A stretch of DNA of 64,000 nucleotides from Candidatus Sabulitectum sp. (GCA_023145375.1 JAGLDY010000007.1:4391-68390), one strand, 5' to 3'. Shown: positions 1 to 10,198, counted from the first letter of the stretch. Numbers and translations: made by a program. The notes: generated from the sequence alone by a model not told the origin.

Positions 1-600
1 CATTTTCTCAAGATCACCGGGTTCAACAGGTCTTCCTGTTCGACAGACAACTCTTGTGTTTCTCATATTCGGAACTTTTTCTCTGATCTCTTCTTCCATA
101 TCTACTTTATCTCTGTTCGCCATAACTGTGACACATGGGTTATTCTGGTTCTCATTTGCTATGGACAGCTCGGAAACAATAGTGAAAACCTGTTCTGACC
201 AACCCAGAATCACGGTGTGTCCTGTCTCTACAATTCTTGATCTTCCTTTTCTTAAAGAGTCCAGTTTGGCATCAAGTCCTGTGGTTAGAATACCGATGAG
301 AGCGCTGAAGATGAATATCCCGCTGAAGGTGACAATGAGCATGCTGAACAGGAATCCAGCCCCACCTGCGTCTCCTCCGATGGTCCCGGGATCCATTGTT
401 CTCATCAGGCTCATCCAGAGTAGTTTTGGGAATCCTTCATTCTCGGGAGCAGTTCCCGTGACCATGATGATGATGGAGAATAGCAATATGAGTATTGCAG
501 ACAGTACGCCCAGCCAGATTATGAGACCTGCTGTTCCACGGGACATCATGGTGTCAAATGCATATCTGAATTTGTCTTTGCTGCTGAATCCAATGCTCAT
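1..600 (-). CDS. CASTOR/POLLUX (DMI1)-type ion channel homolog, N-terminal part; the gene runs off the 5' window edge
   Basis: Manual reverse-strand translation from the ATG at 600-598 gives MSIGFSSKDKF... with two TM helices, then FLFSMLIVTFSGIFIFSALIGILTTGLDAKLDSLRKGRSRIVETGHTVILGWSEQVFTIVSELSIANEN. This closely matches the CASTOR/POLLUX pore-to-RCK junction (DSLRKG...ILGWS). It is not in the ORF track because it is truncated by the window. Confidence 0.7.
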   Translation of the reverse strand, partial: MSIGFSSKDKFRYAFDTMMSRGTAGLIIWLGVLSAILILLFSIIIMVTGTAPENEGFPKLLWMSLMRTMDPGTIGGDAGGAGFLFSMLIVTFSGIFIFSALIGILTTGLDAKLDSLRKGRSRIVETGHTVILGWSEQVFTIVSELSIANENQNNPCVTVMANRDKVDMEEEIREKVPNMRNTRVVCRTGRPVEPGDLEKM

Positions 601-648
601 GCTGATCTCCCGTGGTGTGTTGTATGGTGTGTTACTGAATGGTAGAAA

Positions 649-3600
649 TTAACTGTTTAGCAGGGAAGAAGCAATTTCCTCTTTTCTGCATAGATCAAGG
701 AATTTTTCCATATCCGATCTTGAGAGAATGCTTTTTAGAATCGATTCTGATTTTATGCTCAATAGTTTCACTTCGAGTAGATCCACAGCATTTTTTAATG
801 CAGGAGCTATCTCTTCTGACCGGTCTTCGCGCTCCAGGGCAGTCAACAGATTCCCATACATGTAGACAATTCCATCAGGTGGTGCTTTGTCTGACAGGGC
901 AGCAGATCTCTTTATCATAGCGACTGCCTTTGTTAGTTCTTCCTGACTGCTGCCTGTGCGGTGTAGCAGTACTCCCTCGAGATGCAGTAGCCAGTTCTGT
1001 AACAAAGGCCCCAGGTCTCTATTTTTAACGGCGCTGAGAATATCACTGCAGGTTCGATAGTCTTTCAATTCAAGAAGTGCTTTTACCCTGTTAAGCTCGG
1101 AATCACATTCCATTTCTGTGCAGTTCATCTCAGCGAAGATCAGAGAAGCATTGAGGAAGAAACTACATGCCTGGTTGTTCCGGCCGGTCACCATGGACAG
1201 CATTCCCAGCCCGAATTGACCGTAAGCCATACCTATCCGATTATCAATCTTGCTGTTCAGTTCAATGTACATCTGAAAATATCTCTCTGCCAGATCCAGC
1301 ATATTCAGCTGCGTGTAGGTCTCTGCAAGATTGTAGTAGCCGATTGCCAGTCCCAGTTGATCTCCCAGACGATTGTTCAGTTTGATCACCTGCTTGAGGC
1401 AGTCAAGCATGGAGTTGTAATCTCCGCTGTATGTATAGAGGTTGTGCATGTTATTCAGAATGAGGGCTTCGCCTATCTGGTCGTTTTCCTTTACGCAGAT
1501 CTTCAATCCTTTTTGGTATTGCTCAAGAGCCTTTTCAGGAGAGCCTGTTTCGTTCTCAAGATCAGCAAGTCTGGCGAAGTACATACCCTCAAGAGCTTTA
1601 TCGATACCTGTAACAGAGCAATTAAACAATTTATTTGCCAGCTTCAACTGCTCCGTTGCATTCTTATGTTTACTCTGTTGTCTGTAGATGAAAGATGTTT
1701 CAAGATGAGCCCCAATCATATTGTTTACAAGAATTCCAGTTTGAGCTCCGGCTGAATTGCCTGTTGAAACAGCCAGCATAAAGTATTTTGCTGCATCAGG
1801 GTACATACTTCTCCGCTGGTAATTTTTGCCTAGACTGTAGTAGATGGCACACATGTCTTCGGGATCTTCTGTGAGAGAGAGGGCAGTCTTCAAATGCTCC
1901 TCTGCAGGTTCAGTCTTTCCAGTCAAGGATAGCAGGTCGCCTAAGTTGATATGAGCCTGGAGGAAACCAACTTGATCTGAGGCATCAGAGACTTTACTCA
2001 GGTACTCCTGGTACCAGTGTATGGATTCACTGTGCAACCCCATAGAGAAGGTTTCATTTGCAGCCCTCCTTGAATATTCCACCGCTTTCATTCTGCTTTT
2101 GCTGTTACAGAAGTGGTAGGCAATAGCTTCCAGTAACAGGTGTTCGTTCACTTCCCAGTTCTTTTCCATGAACACCGCTGTCTTTTCGTGGAGTATCATC
2201 CGGAAAGAGGGGGATATCTTTGATATCAGTAAACTCCTCATTACACCGTATGAGAAGGTGAAAAAGGTTCCATTGTCTTTTATGAGTCCCATTTCAACAA
2301 AACGGTCCAGGATTTCTGCCAGGTCGAATTCATCCATGGATGTGAGTTCTCTTAACAGAGGTAGATCAAGATACTTTCCAACCAGGGCTGCTCTTTTCAG
2401 AACTTTCATCTCTTCAGGACTGCATTTGCCCAGCATTATTTCAATTACAGAACAGATATCATCAGGCAGTTTATCCTCTTCAGGTTCTTCCCAAAGGCAT
2501 GTGGCACCTTTGCCCAGACTGAGATAGCCCATTTCCAGAGACCAGCTTATCAGTTTTCTCAAGAACAGTGCATTACCACCACTCTGTCTCATCATGTAGT
2601 CCTGTACTTCATCAGGGATCTCAGGGGTTTTTATGGCGAAGAAGACCATTGTTCTGACATCTGCCGGCTCAAGAGGCTGAAGGTGGATACTCTTCAGCGG
2701 AACACTGGCCCATATTGGCTCAAGAAGCTTTAAAGTGGTTGATATCCGACTCATTCCGATGTAGAGAATATTTGCCTTTGGCACAGAGGATATCGCTTCA
2801 GCAACAAACTGAATACACTTTCGGGAAGCCCACTGCAGATTATCAAGAACCACAACAAAGGGAGTTATTCTGGAAACCTCCCTGAGAATGGTTCCCAGAT
2901 CATTGCGGTTCCTGGCCTTCTTCTCATCAGAAGCTGCAGAAAAAGAACTTTTAGTTTCTATTAGATTAAATTCACTAAATTGCTTTCTTGTTGATTGCTC
3001 AACCGGTCCTATTGCACTTTTTACATCAAGCATCTGATCCTCTGTAAGTCCGTTCAGAGCTTTTCTCACTATGCTGATAACAAGATAGCTTTCCTCCTGA
3101 AAGACCGGATGTACTTTCGTTGTGAATACAGGCATGTTCTTGAATTGACAGTAGTTCAGTAGTTCCTCAACAAGCTTCGTTTTTCCGGTACCCTGGAATC
3201 CAGTGAGAATGCAGAATTCCGCAGAACCGGCAATTGCATTGTCCACCAGTTTTCTAAGTTGCAGGAGTTCATCCCTTCTTCCAACCATGTGGGAGAATTC
3301 CGGTTCAATATCTTTTACATTAATGAGTTCCTCTGCAAGAACAAAGCGTCCTCTTCCTGTATCCTTGGCATGATAGAGAGCCTGATCTGCCATTGAGATC
3401 AGATCAGATATTTCCTGATCATCTAACTTACTCTGTGCTATTCCCATGGAAACGCTGACCTTCATTCCCCCAGGAAACTCTTTCTTCCGGAACTCGAAGA
3501 GAAGTCGTTGAGCCAGATCCAGAGCATTGTCTCCACTTGTATCCGGCAGGACTACAATGAACTCATCTCCGCCAAACCGCAGAGCGTAATCCTCACTTTT

Positions 3601-3837
3601 CAGGTTTACCTTAACAGTCTGCCCCACATGCGCAAGAATTTCATCACCGGCCAGGTGACCATAAATGTCGTTGACAAGTTTGAAATGATCTATGTCTATC
3701 ATCACTAGAGACCATGGATGCTCTCTTGATGAAAACCGGTCATTGAGGTATGGCAGTATAGACCTGTCATTCAATCCAGTGAGTGGATCGATGCCTGAGC
3801 CATTCGTTTTCGTGTTCATGGACAAATTGATCGCCAA
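649..3837 (-). CDS. Multidomain signalling protein: N-terminal GGDEF diguanylate cyclase, central STAND/AAA NTPase, C-terminal TPR array
   Basis: N-terminus DPLTGLNDR...RFGGDEFIVV is the GGDEF motif. Walker A GFQGTGKTKL and Walker B FVVVLDNLQWA are followed by a MalT-like ATPase region. The long C-terminal part is rich in TPR-like repeats (YYNLAETY, GMAYGQFGLG, etc.). A TTG start is likely at 3837. Confidence 0.85.
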   Translation of the reverse strand: MAINLSMNTKTNGSGIDPLTGLNDRSILPYLNDRFSSREHPWSLVMIDIDHFKLVNDIYGHLAGDEILAHVGQTVKVNLKSEDYALRFGGDEFIVVLPDTSGDNALDLAQRLLFEFRKKEFPGGMKVSVSMGIAQSKLDDQEISDLISMADQALYHAKDTGRGRFVLAEELINVKDIEPEFSHMVGRRDELLQLRKLVDNAIAGSAEFCILTGFQGTGKTKLVEELLNYCQFKNMPVFTTKVHPVFQEESYLVISIVRKALNGLTEDQMLDVKSAIGPVEQSTRKQFSEFNLIETKSSFSAASDEKKARNRNDLGTILREVSRITPFVVVLDNLQWASRKCIQFVAEAISSVPKANILYIGMSRISTTLKLLEPIWASVPLKSIHLQPLEPADVRTMVFFAIKTPEIPDEVQDYMMRQSGGNALFLRKLISWSLEMGYLSLGKGATCLWEEPEEDKLPDDICSVIEIMLGKCSPEEMKVLKRAALVGKYLDLPLLRELTSMDEFDLAEILDRFVEMGLIKDNGTFFTFSYGVMRSLLISKISPSFRMILHEKTAVFMEKNWEVNEHLLLEAIAYHFCNSKSRMKAVEYSRRAANETFSMGLHSESIHWYQEYLSKVSDASDQVGFLQAHINLGDLLSLTGKTEPAEEHLKTALSLTEDPEDMCAIYYSLGKNYQRRSMYPDAAKYFMLAVSTGNSAGAQTGILVNNMIGAHLETSFIYRQQSKHKNATEQLKLANKLFNCSVTGIDKALEGMYFARLADLENETGSPEKALEQYQKGLKICVKENDQIGEALILNNMHNLYTYSGDYNSMLDCLKQVIKLNNRLGDQLGLAIGYYNLAETYTQLNMLDLAERYFQMYIELNSKIDNRIGMAYGQFGLGMLSMVTGRNNQACSFFLNASLIFAEMNCTEMECDSELNRVKALLELKDYRTCSDILSAVKNRDLGPLLQNWLLHLEGVLLHRTGSSQEELTKAVAMIKRSAALSDKAPPDGIVYMYGNLLTALEREDRSEEIAPALKNAVDLLEVKLLSIKSESILKSILSRSDMEKFLDLCRKEEIASSLLNS

Positions 3838-4211
3838 TACAAATGTACAGTCATCCTACCTCCTATGGTGCGAGATAATTACATACAACATTTGTAGCAT
3901 ATTTCTTTCCAATCAAATACAGTAAGATAGTATGATTAATCAGCAATAATACGGTAAGATTCCATCAACACTCTGTGTAGATATACAGTATCAGGAATGC
4001 GCCTCTAGCTACTCGCCTGCGAAATCAAGCCATTCACCTGTATCCATCAGGTCTGACTGACATATGCTCAGGCTGAGTGTGAATACCACGGTAAGGATGC
4101 TGATAAACCTGTTGTAACAGCATTGAAAATTGTCTGTTGCGCTTCTCCTAAATCCCCTTTATACTACACACAGCGCGTAGCAGGATAAGTTTCACGAAAT
4201 GAGAGGATGCA

Positions 4212-5435
4212 ATGATGAAAAGCTTTCTTTGGTCTTTATTCATTCTGAGTTTATCTGTTCTAGCTGACCCACCTGATTATCAGTCACCGTTCAGGGTCAG
4301 TTCCAATGGTGCACCCATCGAGCTGGGTCTTGGTCACGCAAACCCCCTGGTTACTGACTGGAACGGAGATGGCCTGAAGGATCTAATTGTCGGCCAGTAC
4401 ACTGGCGGTAAACTCCGGTACTACCAGAATGATGATTCCAATGACTCTCCTGCATTCGGGGATTTTGTCTACATGCAGGCGGACGGCAGTGATATTTCAC
4501 TGTCTTCCGGTTGATGCACCGGCGCTACAAATCCACAGGCTGTGGATTTCAACAACGATGGACTTACAGATCTGATCGTCGGAGAAAGCGACGGATATGT
4601 CAATTTCTTCAGACGCCTTGGTAATGGAACCCTCACCAGTGAAGGCAGAATACAGGCGGGTGGCGCTGACCTTGATGTGGGAGGCAACTCTGCTCCTTTT
4701 GTTTATGACTGGAACAACGATGGTCTTCTGGATCTTATTGTTGGGCGGCAATTCACACCAGGTGGAAGCCTTCGCCTTTATTTGAATCAGGGAACAGCCG
4801 AGAATCCGGCATTTGCAAGCTACTCTGCAGTGATGAAAGGCTCAACACCGGTTGCTTATCCAAGAAGCATTCCTCACATGGAAGATATGAACGGGGATGG
4901 TCTCCTGGATCTCCTTGTAGGCGAGGACAATGGTCACACCTACTATCTTGAGAATTCGGGCTCAACCGGTGCTCCGGTATTCACTACCAGTGCAGCTATT
5001 ACCGTTAACGGCAGTCCATATGCCTGGCCATCCGGACAGACAGATTGCACAGTTTATGTTAATGACTGGAACGAGGACGGTGTTCTTGATATCATTCAGG
5101 GCAACTATGTAAAGAATGTATGGGTGTTCCTTGGGAACAACGTGTCAGTGGAGGATCTCTGCTCACAGGTTTTCAGCAATGGGACTTCTGTCTCGTTGTT
5201 TTCCAACCCGGTGCAGGGTTATTTAAGATATTCTGTTGCAACTGAGCAGCCCGCACCTGTTTCCGTTAGCTTGCTGGGTATGGATGGAAGGATCGTGAAG
5301 AAGTGGGACCTGGGAACACTCCATGGCGGTTCGGATCATGTTCATACAGTCTCAGATCTACCCAATGGTGTTTATGCAATGGTTGTTTCTGTGAATGGAG
5401 AGATATCCAGCCGTCAGGTTGCTGTTGTAAGATAG
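4212..5435 (+). CDS. FG-GAP/VCBS-repeat secreted protein with a T9SS C-terminal sorting domain, interrupted by one in-frame TGA at 4512-4514 (ORF-track pieces 4212-4514 and 4542-5435 are in the same frame)
   Basis: Signal peptide MMKSFLWSLFILSLSVLA. Repeated D-x-N-x-D-G-x-x-D-L-I-V-G motifs (DWNGDGLKDLIVG, DFNNDGLTDLIVG, DWNNDGLLDLIVG, DMNGDGLLDLLVG, DWNEDGVLDIIQG). The C-terminal ~80 aa (YLRYSVATEQPAPVSVSLLGMDGRIVKKW...GVYAMVVSVNGEISSRQVAVVR) resembles the Por/T9SS CTD. 4212 and 4542 are both 0 mod 3, so the frame is continuous across the TGA. Confidence 0.7.
4527..4549 (+). other. Perfect 9-bp hairpin (AAATCCACA ggc TGTGGATTT) starting 13 nt downstream of the in-frame TGA
   Basis: AAATCCACA and TGTGGATTT are exact reverse complements separated by a 3-nt loop, read directly from the sequence. 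Confidence 0.6.
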
Positions 5436-5455
5436 ACCCGAACGTGATCTAAAGT

Positions 5456-5490
5456 GGGGGCGGTGGCTCCATCCGCCCCTTGATCCCTCT
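5456..5490 (+). terminator. Putative rho-independent terminator after the FG-GAP gene
   Basis: GGGGCGGTGG ctc CCATCCGCCCC stem (one bulge), followed by a weakly T-rich stretch TTGATCCCTCTTC. Confidence 0.45.
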
Positions 5491-5576
5491 TCATGGAACC
5501 ATGTAAACACTGGTATGTTACCTTTGTTATATCAAAATGAGAATACACTCTTTGCACAAATGACAGGGGTCACTGT

Positions 5577-6641
5577 TTGAAATATCTGCAGTACAAAAGA
5601 CCGTCCACATACTTGATCGTTCTGTCATTTGTCATTCTCGGCCTGGGTTTTGTTATGGCTTTCTATGTACACAATACCGTAGAGAACCTGAAGTTTGATG
5701 CTAAGATTATAAATGAGACAGGTATTATCAGAGGGTCTATTCAGCGTGCGACAAAGCTGGTCCTTTCAAATTCCCAGAACTTATCCAATGAGACAATTTG
5801 GGAGATCAACAGTCTTTTTGATCACTTCATTGCGGAAAATGACCGCAGCAGACATCCCGGTGTGGAAGAAACCGTTTTCCTGGGTTTACTGGATCTGAGA
5901 GAAAAGTGGTTCTCCCTTGAGGGTCTATTGATCGAATACCGGGTGAATCCATCGGAGCAGGTCAGAAGCGGGATCTTGCTGGAAAGTGAGCATTGCTGGG
6001 AGGCAGCGGACTCAGTAGTTCTTGCCGCCCAGTATACCACTGAAGGTAAGGTCGGGAATTTTACAGTGTTTTACAGAATACTTGCCATTAATGCCATAAC
6101 TGCGATTCTTGTAATACTGTATGTGATAGTGTATGTCAGGAAGAAACTGGAGTATGAGTCATCACATGACGCCCTGACGGGCTTATTCAACAGAAGGTCT
6201 TATGAGAAAATGATCCAATCTGAGATCGCCCGATGTACAAGGTACAGCTCAAAGCTGTCCCTGATCGTGTTTGATGTGGACAAATTCAAGCTTATCAATG
6301 ACCATAATGGTCATGGAGCAGGCGACAGGGTTCTGGCTGATATTGCAGAAGCAGTTAAGGATTCTATACGGGTAACGGATGTGGTTTTCAGAGTTGGCGG
6401 TGATGAATTCGCAGTGATCAGTCCTGAAACTGATGCTGATGGAGCGTTCCAGCTTGCGGAAAAGATCCGGAAAAGAATTGAGCAGCATTCTTTTGCAACT
6501 GGTAATACCGAGACCGTAAGTCTTGGAATTGCAGAATTCAAAAAAGGTATTACAAAGAAAGTGCTGTACAGGCATGCAGATACTGCCCTGTATATCGCTA
6601 AGAGCAATGGAAGAAATCGCTCAGAAACCTGGGTTAAATAA
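5577..6641 (+). CDS. Membrane-anchored diguanylate cyclase (GGDEF domain) with a periplasmic/extracytoplasmic sensor region
   Basis: N-terminal TM helix, a second TM (ILAINAITAILVILYVIVYV), then DALTGLFNRR...RVGGDEFAV...YIAKSNGRNR, the canonical GGDEF domain. TTG start, with AGGGGT 8 nt upstream. Confidence 0.85.
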   Translation: MKYLQYKRPSTYLIVLSFVILGLGFVMAFYVHNTVENLKFDAKIINETGIIRGSIQRATKLVLSNSQNLSNETIWEINSLFDHFIAENDRSRHPGVEETVFLGLLDLREKWFSLEGLLIEYRVNPSEQVRSGILLESEHCWEAADSVVLAAQYTTEGKVGNFTVFYRILAINAITAILVILYVIVYVRKKLEYESSHDALTGLFNRRSYEKMIQSEIARCTRYSSKLSLIVFDVDKFKLINDHNGHGAGDRVLADIAEAVKDSIRVTDVVFRVGGDEFAVISPETDADGAFQLAEKIRKRIEQHSFATGNTETVSLGIAEFKKGITKKVLYRHADTALYIAKSNGRNRSETWVK

Positions 6642-6691
6642 AGGCGGAGAAACCGCTATTGCACCTGTAATTCATACATGAATGGCAGGTA

Positions 6692-8392
6692 CTACTTCTT
6701 TTTTTCTTTCAACTTTTTCCAGGAATCCCGCAGGGTGATGGTGCGGTTGAAGATCATTCTCTCAGAGGTTGATTCCGGGTCTATACTAAAATAACCCTTC
6801 CTTTCAAACTGACAGACAAAGCCGGGTTTGTTCTTGCCCATGTGATCTTCCACCATGCAGTTAGTCACAACGGCGAGAGAGTCTGGATTCAGCGAAGATG
6901 TGAATTCCTCTCCTTCTTCAGTATCCAAGGGGTTCCCTTTGTTGAAAAGCCTGTCGTACAGTCTTACTTCAACAGGAAAACTGTTTGCAGCTGATACCCA
7001 GTGAAGAGTGCCTCTTACCCTTCTGCCGTCAGGAGCATTTCCACCTTTTGTCTCCGGGTCATATGTACACTTGATCTCTGTGATGTTTCCATCTTCATCT
7101 TTGATGATCCCAGTGCAGGTTACCAGGTATGCATATCGCAGTCTTACTTCTCTGCCCGGTCCCATTCTGAAGAACTTTTTAGGTGGATCCTCCATGAAGT
7201 CATCCCGCTCAATGTAAAGCTCTCTGGTGAAAGGTGTGGGGCGGGTTCCTGCGGATTCATCTTCAGGATTTACTACATAGTCAAAGTGTTCAGTTCTGTC
7301 TTCAGGATAATTCTCTATAACGAGCTTTACAGGGTTAAGAATAGACATGACCCTTGGTGCGGTCTTATTCAGTTCTTCCCTGATGCAGTGTTCAAACAGG
7401 GCAATGTCCACAGTGCTGTTACGTTTGGCCAGCCCAATGATCGAACAGAAATTTCTGATGGATGAAGCGGGAATACCCCTCCGCCTGAGGCCACTGAGCG
7501 TTGGCATTCTCGGGTCATCCCAACCATTGACAAGACCTTCTTCTACCATCTTACGAAGAAAGCGTTTGCTCAACACTGTGAAGCTAAGATTTAATCTGGC
7601 GAATTCGATCTGTCTTGAGCGGAAAATATCCAGCTTTTCAAGGTACCAGTTGTACAGAGGGCGGTTGGATTCAAATTCCAGAGTACAGAGGCTGTGGGTG
7701 ATCCCTTCAGTGGAATCCTCCAGGCAGTGAGCAAAGTCGTACATGGGGTAGATGCACCATTTGTCACCTGTTCTGTGGTGACTCCTGTGAAGGATCCGGT
7801 ACATTGCCGGGTCCCTTAAGCACATTGTTGGACTGGCCATGTCTATTTTTGCCCTGAGAGTGCGACTTCCCTCCGGGAACTCTCCATTTTTCATTCTGTG
7901 GAAAAGATCCAGGTTTTCTTCTATCGATCTATTTCTAAAAGGGCTGTTTCTTCCGGGTTTTGAAGCAAAACCTCTGTAGACTTTTGTGTCCTCAGGTGAT
8001 AGATCACATACATATGCCAGATCCATGACGATCAGTTGTTCTGCCAGAAGATACATTCTATCAAAGTAATCGGAAGCGAAATACAGGTTATCCCATTTGA
8101 AACCAAGCCACTCCACATCACCCTTGATCGATTCCACAAACTCTGTTTCTTCCTTAACAGGGTTAGTGTCGTCAAATCGAAGGTTACATTTTCCTCCGAA
8201 TTCCCTGGCAATACCAAAATTCGTACAGATAGACTTTGCATGTCCGATGTGCAGGTAGCCATTGGGCTCAGGTGGGAATCTAGTGACTATCTCGCTGTGT
8301 TTACCGGACGCAAGGTCTGAATCTATTGTTTCTCTTATGAAATCTCTTGATCTTTTTTCCATTGTATTCTCCCCTGACTGGTATGATGCCAA
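6692..8392 (-). CDS. glnS: Glutaminyl-tRNA synthetase
   Basis: [19 protein letters not shown] (HIGH motif) and LSKR (KMSKS-type) motifs. Near-collinear with E. coli GlnRS: [54 protein letters not shown]. Confidence 0.95.
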   Translation of the reverse strand: MASYQSGENTMEKRSRDFIRETIDSDLASGKHSEIVTRFPPEPNGYLHIGHAKSICTNFGIAREFGGKCNLRFDDTNPVKEETEFVESIKGDVEWLGFKWDNLYFASDYFDRMYLLAEQLIVMDLAYVCDLSPEDTKVYRGFASKPGRNSPFRNRSIEENLDLFHRMKNGEFPEGSRTLRAKIDMASPTMCLRDPAMYRILHRSHHRTGDKWCIYPMYDFAHCLEDSTEGITHSLCTLEFESNRPLYNWYLEKLDIFRSRQIEFARLNLSFTVLSKRFLRKMVEEGLVNGWDDPRMPTLSGLRRRGIPASSIRNFCSIIGLAKRNSTVDIALFEHCIREELNKTAPRVMSILNPVKLVIENYPEDRTEHFDYVVNPEDESAGTRPTPFTRELYIERDDFMEDPPKKFFRMGPGREVRLRYAYLVTCTGIIKDEDGNITEIKCTYDPETKGGNAPDGRRVRGTLHWVSAANSFPVEVRLYDRLFNKGNPLDTEEGEEFTSSLNPDSLAVVTNCMVEDHMGKNKPGFVCQFERKGYFSIDPESTSERMIFNRTITLRDSWKKLKEKKK

Positions 8393-8845
8393 TCATAATC
8401 GAATCAGAGATCAGCGTTATCACCCATTACTTGCTGAACCATGTTCAGGAAAGTGATCCAGGTATTTCTGAACGTGTGAAGAGGTCTGGAATCAGGAGTG
8501 CGGAGTTCAAAGGTCATTCCCTTTTTATTCAATCTCGCATAGGTAAATATCGTTGTGAAATGAATAAGGAATTCATCAAATGAAAGATGTGGTCTTTTGC
8601 TTTCAAAACTGATACCCGCTTCCCCCGGAGAAGAACAGCAGATCATCAGGGACTCTGTGCCGCTGGACCCACACATCCGATCCCTCCTGTATGCTGGAGA
8701 ATAACGGAATAAAGAAGTATTCCCAATAATCAGTGCAGGGAATTATTACGGAACCCGGATAACTGCTTTCTGCTCATGGCTCGGTACTATATTTACAACC
8801 ACAGAATGTGAGTGGATGTGGTTTTGCCCCTTGCCGGAGGTTTCT

Positions 8846-10198
8846 TTGAAAGTTACAGTTGTTGGCTCAGGTCTTGCTGGCAGTGAAGCGGCTCTTCAGC
8901 TGGCTTGTTCAGGCATTGAAGTTGATCTGTATGAGATGCGTCCGGGAACTATGACCCCTGCACACACTACAGGCTTACCTGCAGAGCTTGTCTGTTCCAA
9001 CTCCCTGCGTTCTGATCTTATCCATAATGCTCCAGGGCTTCTTAAAGAAGAACTTCGAAGATGCAATTCCTTTCTGATGAAGGCAGCAGACAGTTGCCGT
9101 GTACCTGCAGGCGGGGCTCTCGCCGTTGACAGGGATGAATTCAGTCAGGCTGTTCAGGAGATGCTTCGTGAGCAGAAACTGATAACTGTCAGGGAAGAAG
9201 AGGTAACTGAGATTCCTCAGGGTAAGGTCATTATTGCAGCCGGTCCTCTGGCTTCAAGCTCACTTACAGATGCTATTTGCAAGCTCACTGGAAGCGGATC
9301 TCTTTACTTCTACGATGCAATTGCTCCAGTGGTTGATTTTGACTCTATCAACACTGACCGTGCATTCTTTCAGAACCGGTATGAAGCAGATAACAATGGG
9401 GATGCAGTTGCGGATTATTTGAACTGTCCATTCTCCCGGGAAGAGTATTTCAACTTTGTGCAGGAATTGAAGAACGGTGAGAGGGTATCCACCCGTGACT
9501 TTGAGAAAGAGATCCATTTTCAGGGATGTATGCCTGTGGAAGCAATTGCAGACAGCGGAGATATGTCACTTGCTTTCGGCCCTATGAAACCTGTGGGATT
9601 AGTTGACCCTCGAACGGGTATTCGATCTTTTGCTGTGGTCCAGCTTCGCATGGAAAACAAGGCTGGTACTGCCTGGAACCTTGTGGGCTTTCAAACAAAA
9701 CTGACCTATTCTGAACAGAATAGAATATTCAGGATGATCCCAGGTCTGGAGAATGCCGAGTTTGTCCGTCTTGGTTCCATGCACAGGAATACTTTCATTA
9801 ACGGGCCTGACCTGCTTGATGAAAAACTGCGTCTGAAAACCCATAAGAGGATAATGTTTGCCGGTCAGATCACAGGTGTTGAGGGTTACATTGAATCCAT
9901 AGCATCAGGTTACCTGGCAGGAGTGCTCATGGCAGGCATTGATCCTGTACCGCCTGCTGATACAGCTCTTGGAGCTATTTTAAGATACCCCACAGAGAGT
10001 GTGGCAGACAATTACCAGCCATCAAACATCAATTACGGGCTTTTTCCACCTCTGAGAAAGAAACCTAAAGGGGGACGGAGAGCCAGGAGAGAAGCGCAGG
10101 CTGAAAGAGCTTTGAAAAGTCTTGGGGATTGGTTGTCAGGGGTTTCTTCTCTGCAGGAAAGCATAACCGGTAGTGGTAAGAAATACAACCACAAGTGA
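8846..10198 (+). CDS. trmFO: Methylenetetrahydrofolate-tRNA-(uracil54-C5)-methyltransferase TrmFO (Gid)
   Basis: KVTVVGSGLAGSEAALQLA...YEMRP...TPAHTTGLPAELVCSNSLRSD matches the TrmFO N-terminus. The ORF-track ATG at 8816 gives an odd MWFCPLPEV extension. TTG at 8846 is preceded by GGAGG (8836-8840) with a 5-nt spacer, so it is called as the start. Confidence 0.88.
   Translation: MKVTVVGSGLAGSEAALQLACSGIEVDLYEMRPGTMTPAHTTGLPAELVCSNSLRSDLIHNAPGLLKEELRRCNSFLMKAADSCRVPAGGALAVDRDEFSQAVQEMLREQKLITVREEEVTEIPQGKVIIAAGPLASSSLTDAICKLTGSGSLYFYDAIAPVVDFDSINTDRAFFQNRYEADNNGDAVADYLNCPFSREEYFNFVQELKNGERVSTRDFEKEIHFQGCMPVEAIADSGDMSLAFGPMKPVGLVDPRTGIRSFAVVQLRMENKAGTAWNLVGFQTKLTYSEQNRIFRMIPGLENAEFVRLGSMHRNTFINGPDLLDEKLRLKTHKRIMFAGQITGVEGYIESIASGYLAGVLMAGIDPVPPADTALGAILRYPTESVADNYQPSNINYGLFPPLRKKPKGGRRARREAQAERALKSLGDWLSGVSSLQESITGSGKKYNHK

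Noticed and set aside
56-652. 198-aa plus-strand ORF at the window start
   Set aside because: Antisense to the well-supported CASTOR/POLLUX-like gene on the minus strand; low-complexity Ser/Met-rich product with no RBS.
1216-1755. 179-aa plus-strand ORF, with others at 1167-1385, 1442-1687, 2168-2527, 3508-3925
   Set aside because: All lie inside and antisense to the 1062-aa GGDEF-STAND-TPR gene, and none shows a domain signature. They are shadow ORFs.
4512-4514. Selenocysteine as the explanation for the in-frame TGA
   Set aside because: Not adopted as the primary call. No selA/selB/selD or tRNA-Sec is visible in the window, the protein is a secreted T9SS cargo (an unlikely selenoprotein), and TGA terminates other genes here. 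It is kept only as one hypothesis alongside pseudogene or sequencing error.
8404-8676. 90-aa minus-strand ORF immediately upstream of glnS, and the 78-aa plus-strand ORF 8347-8583
   Set aside because: No RBS, no recognisable domain, and located in a divergent promoter region. Too weak to call as genes.
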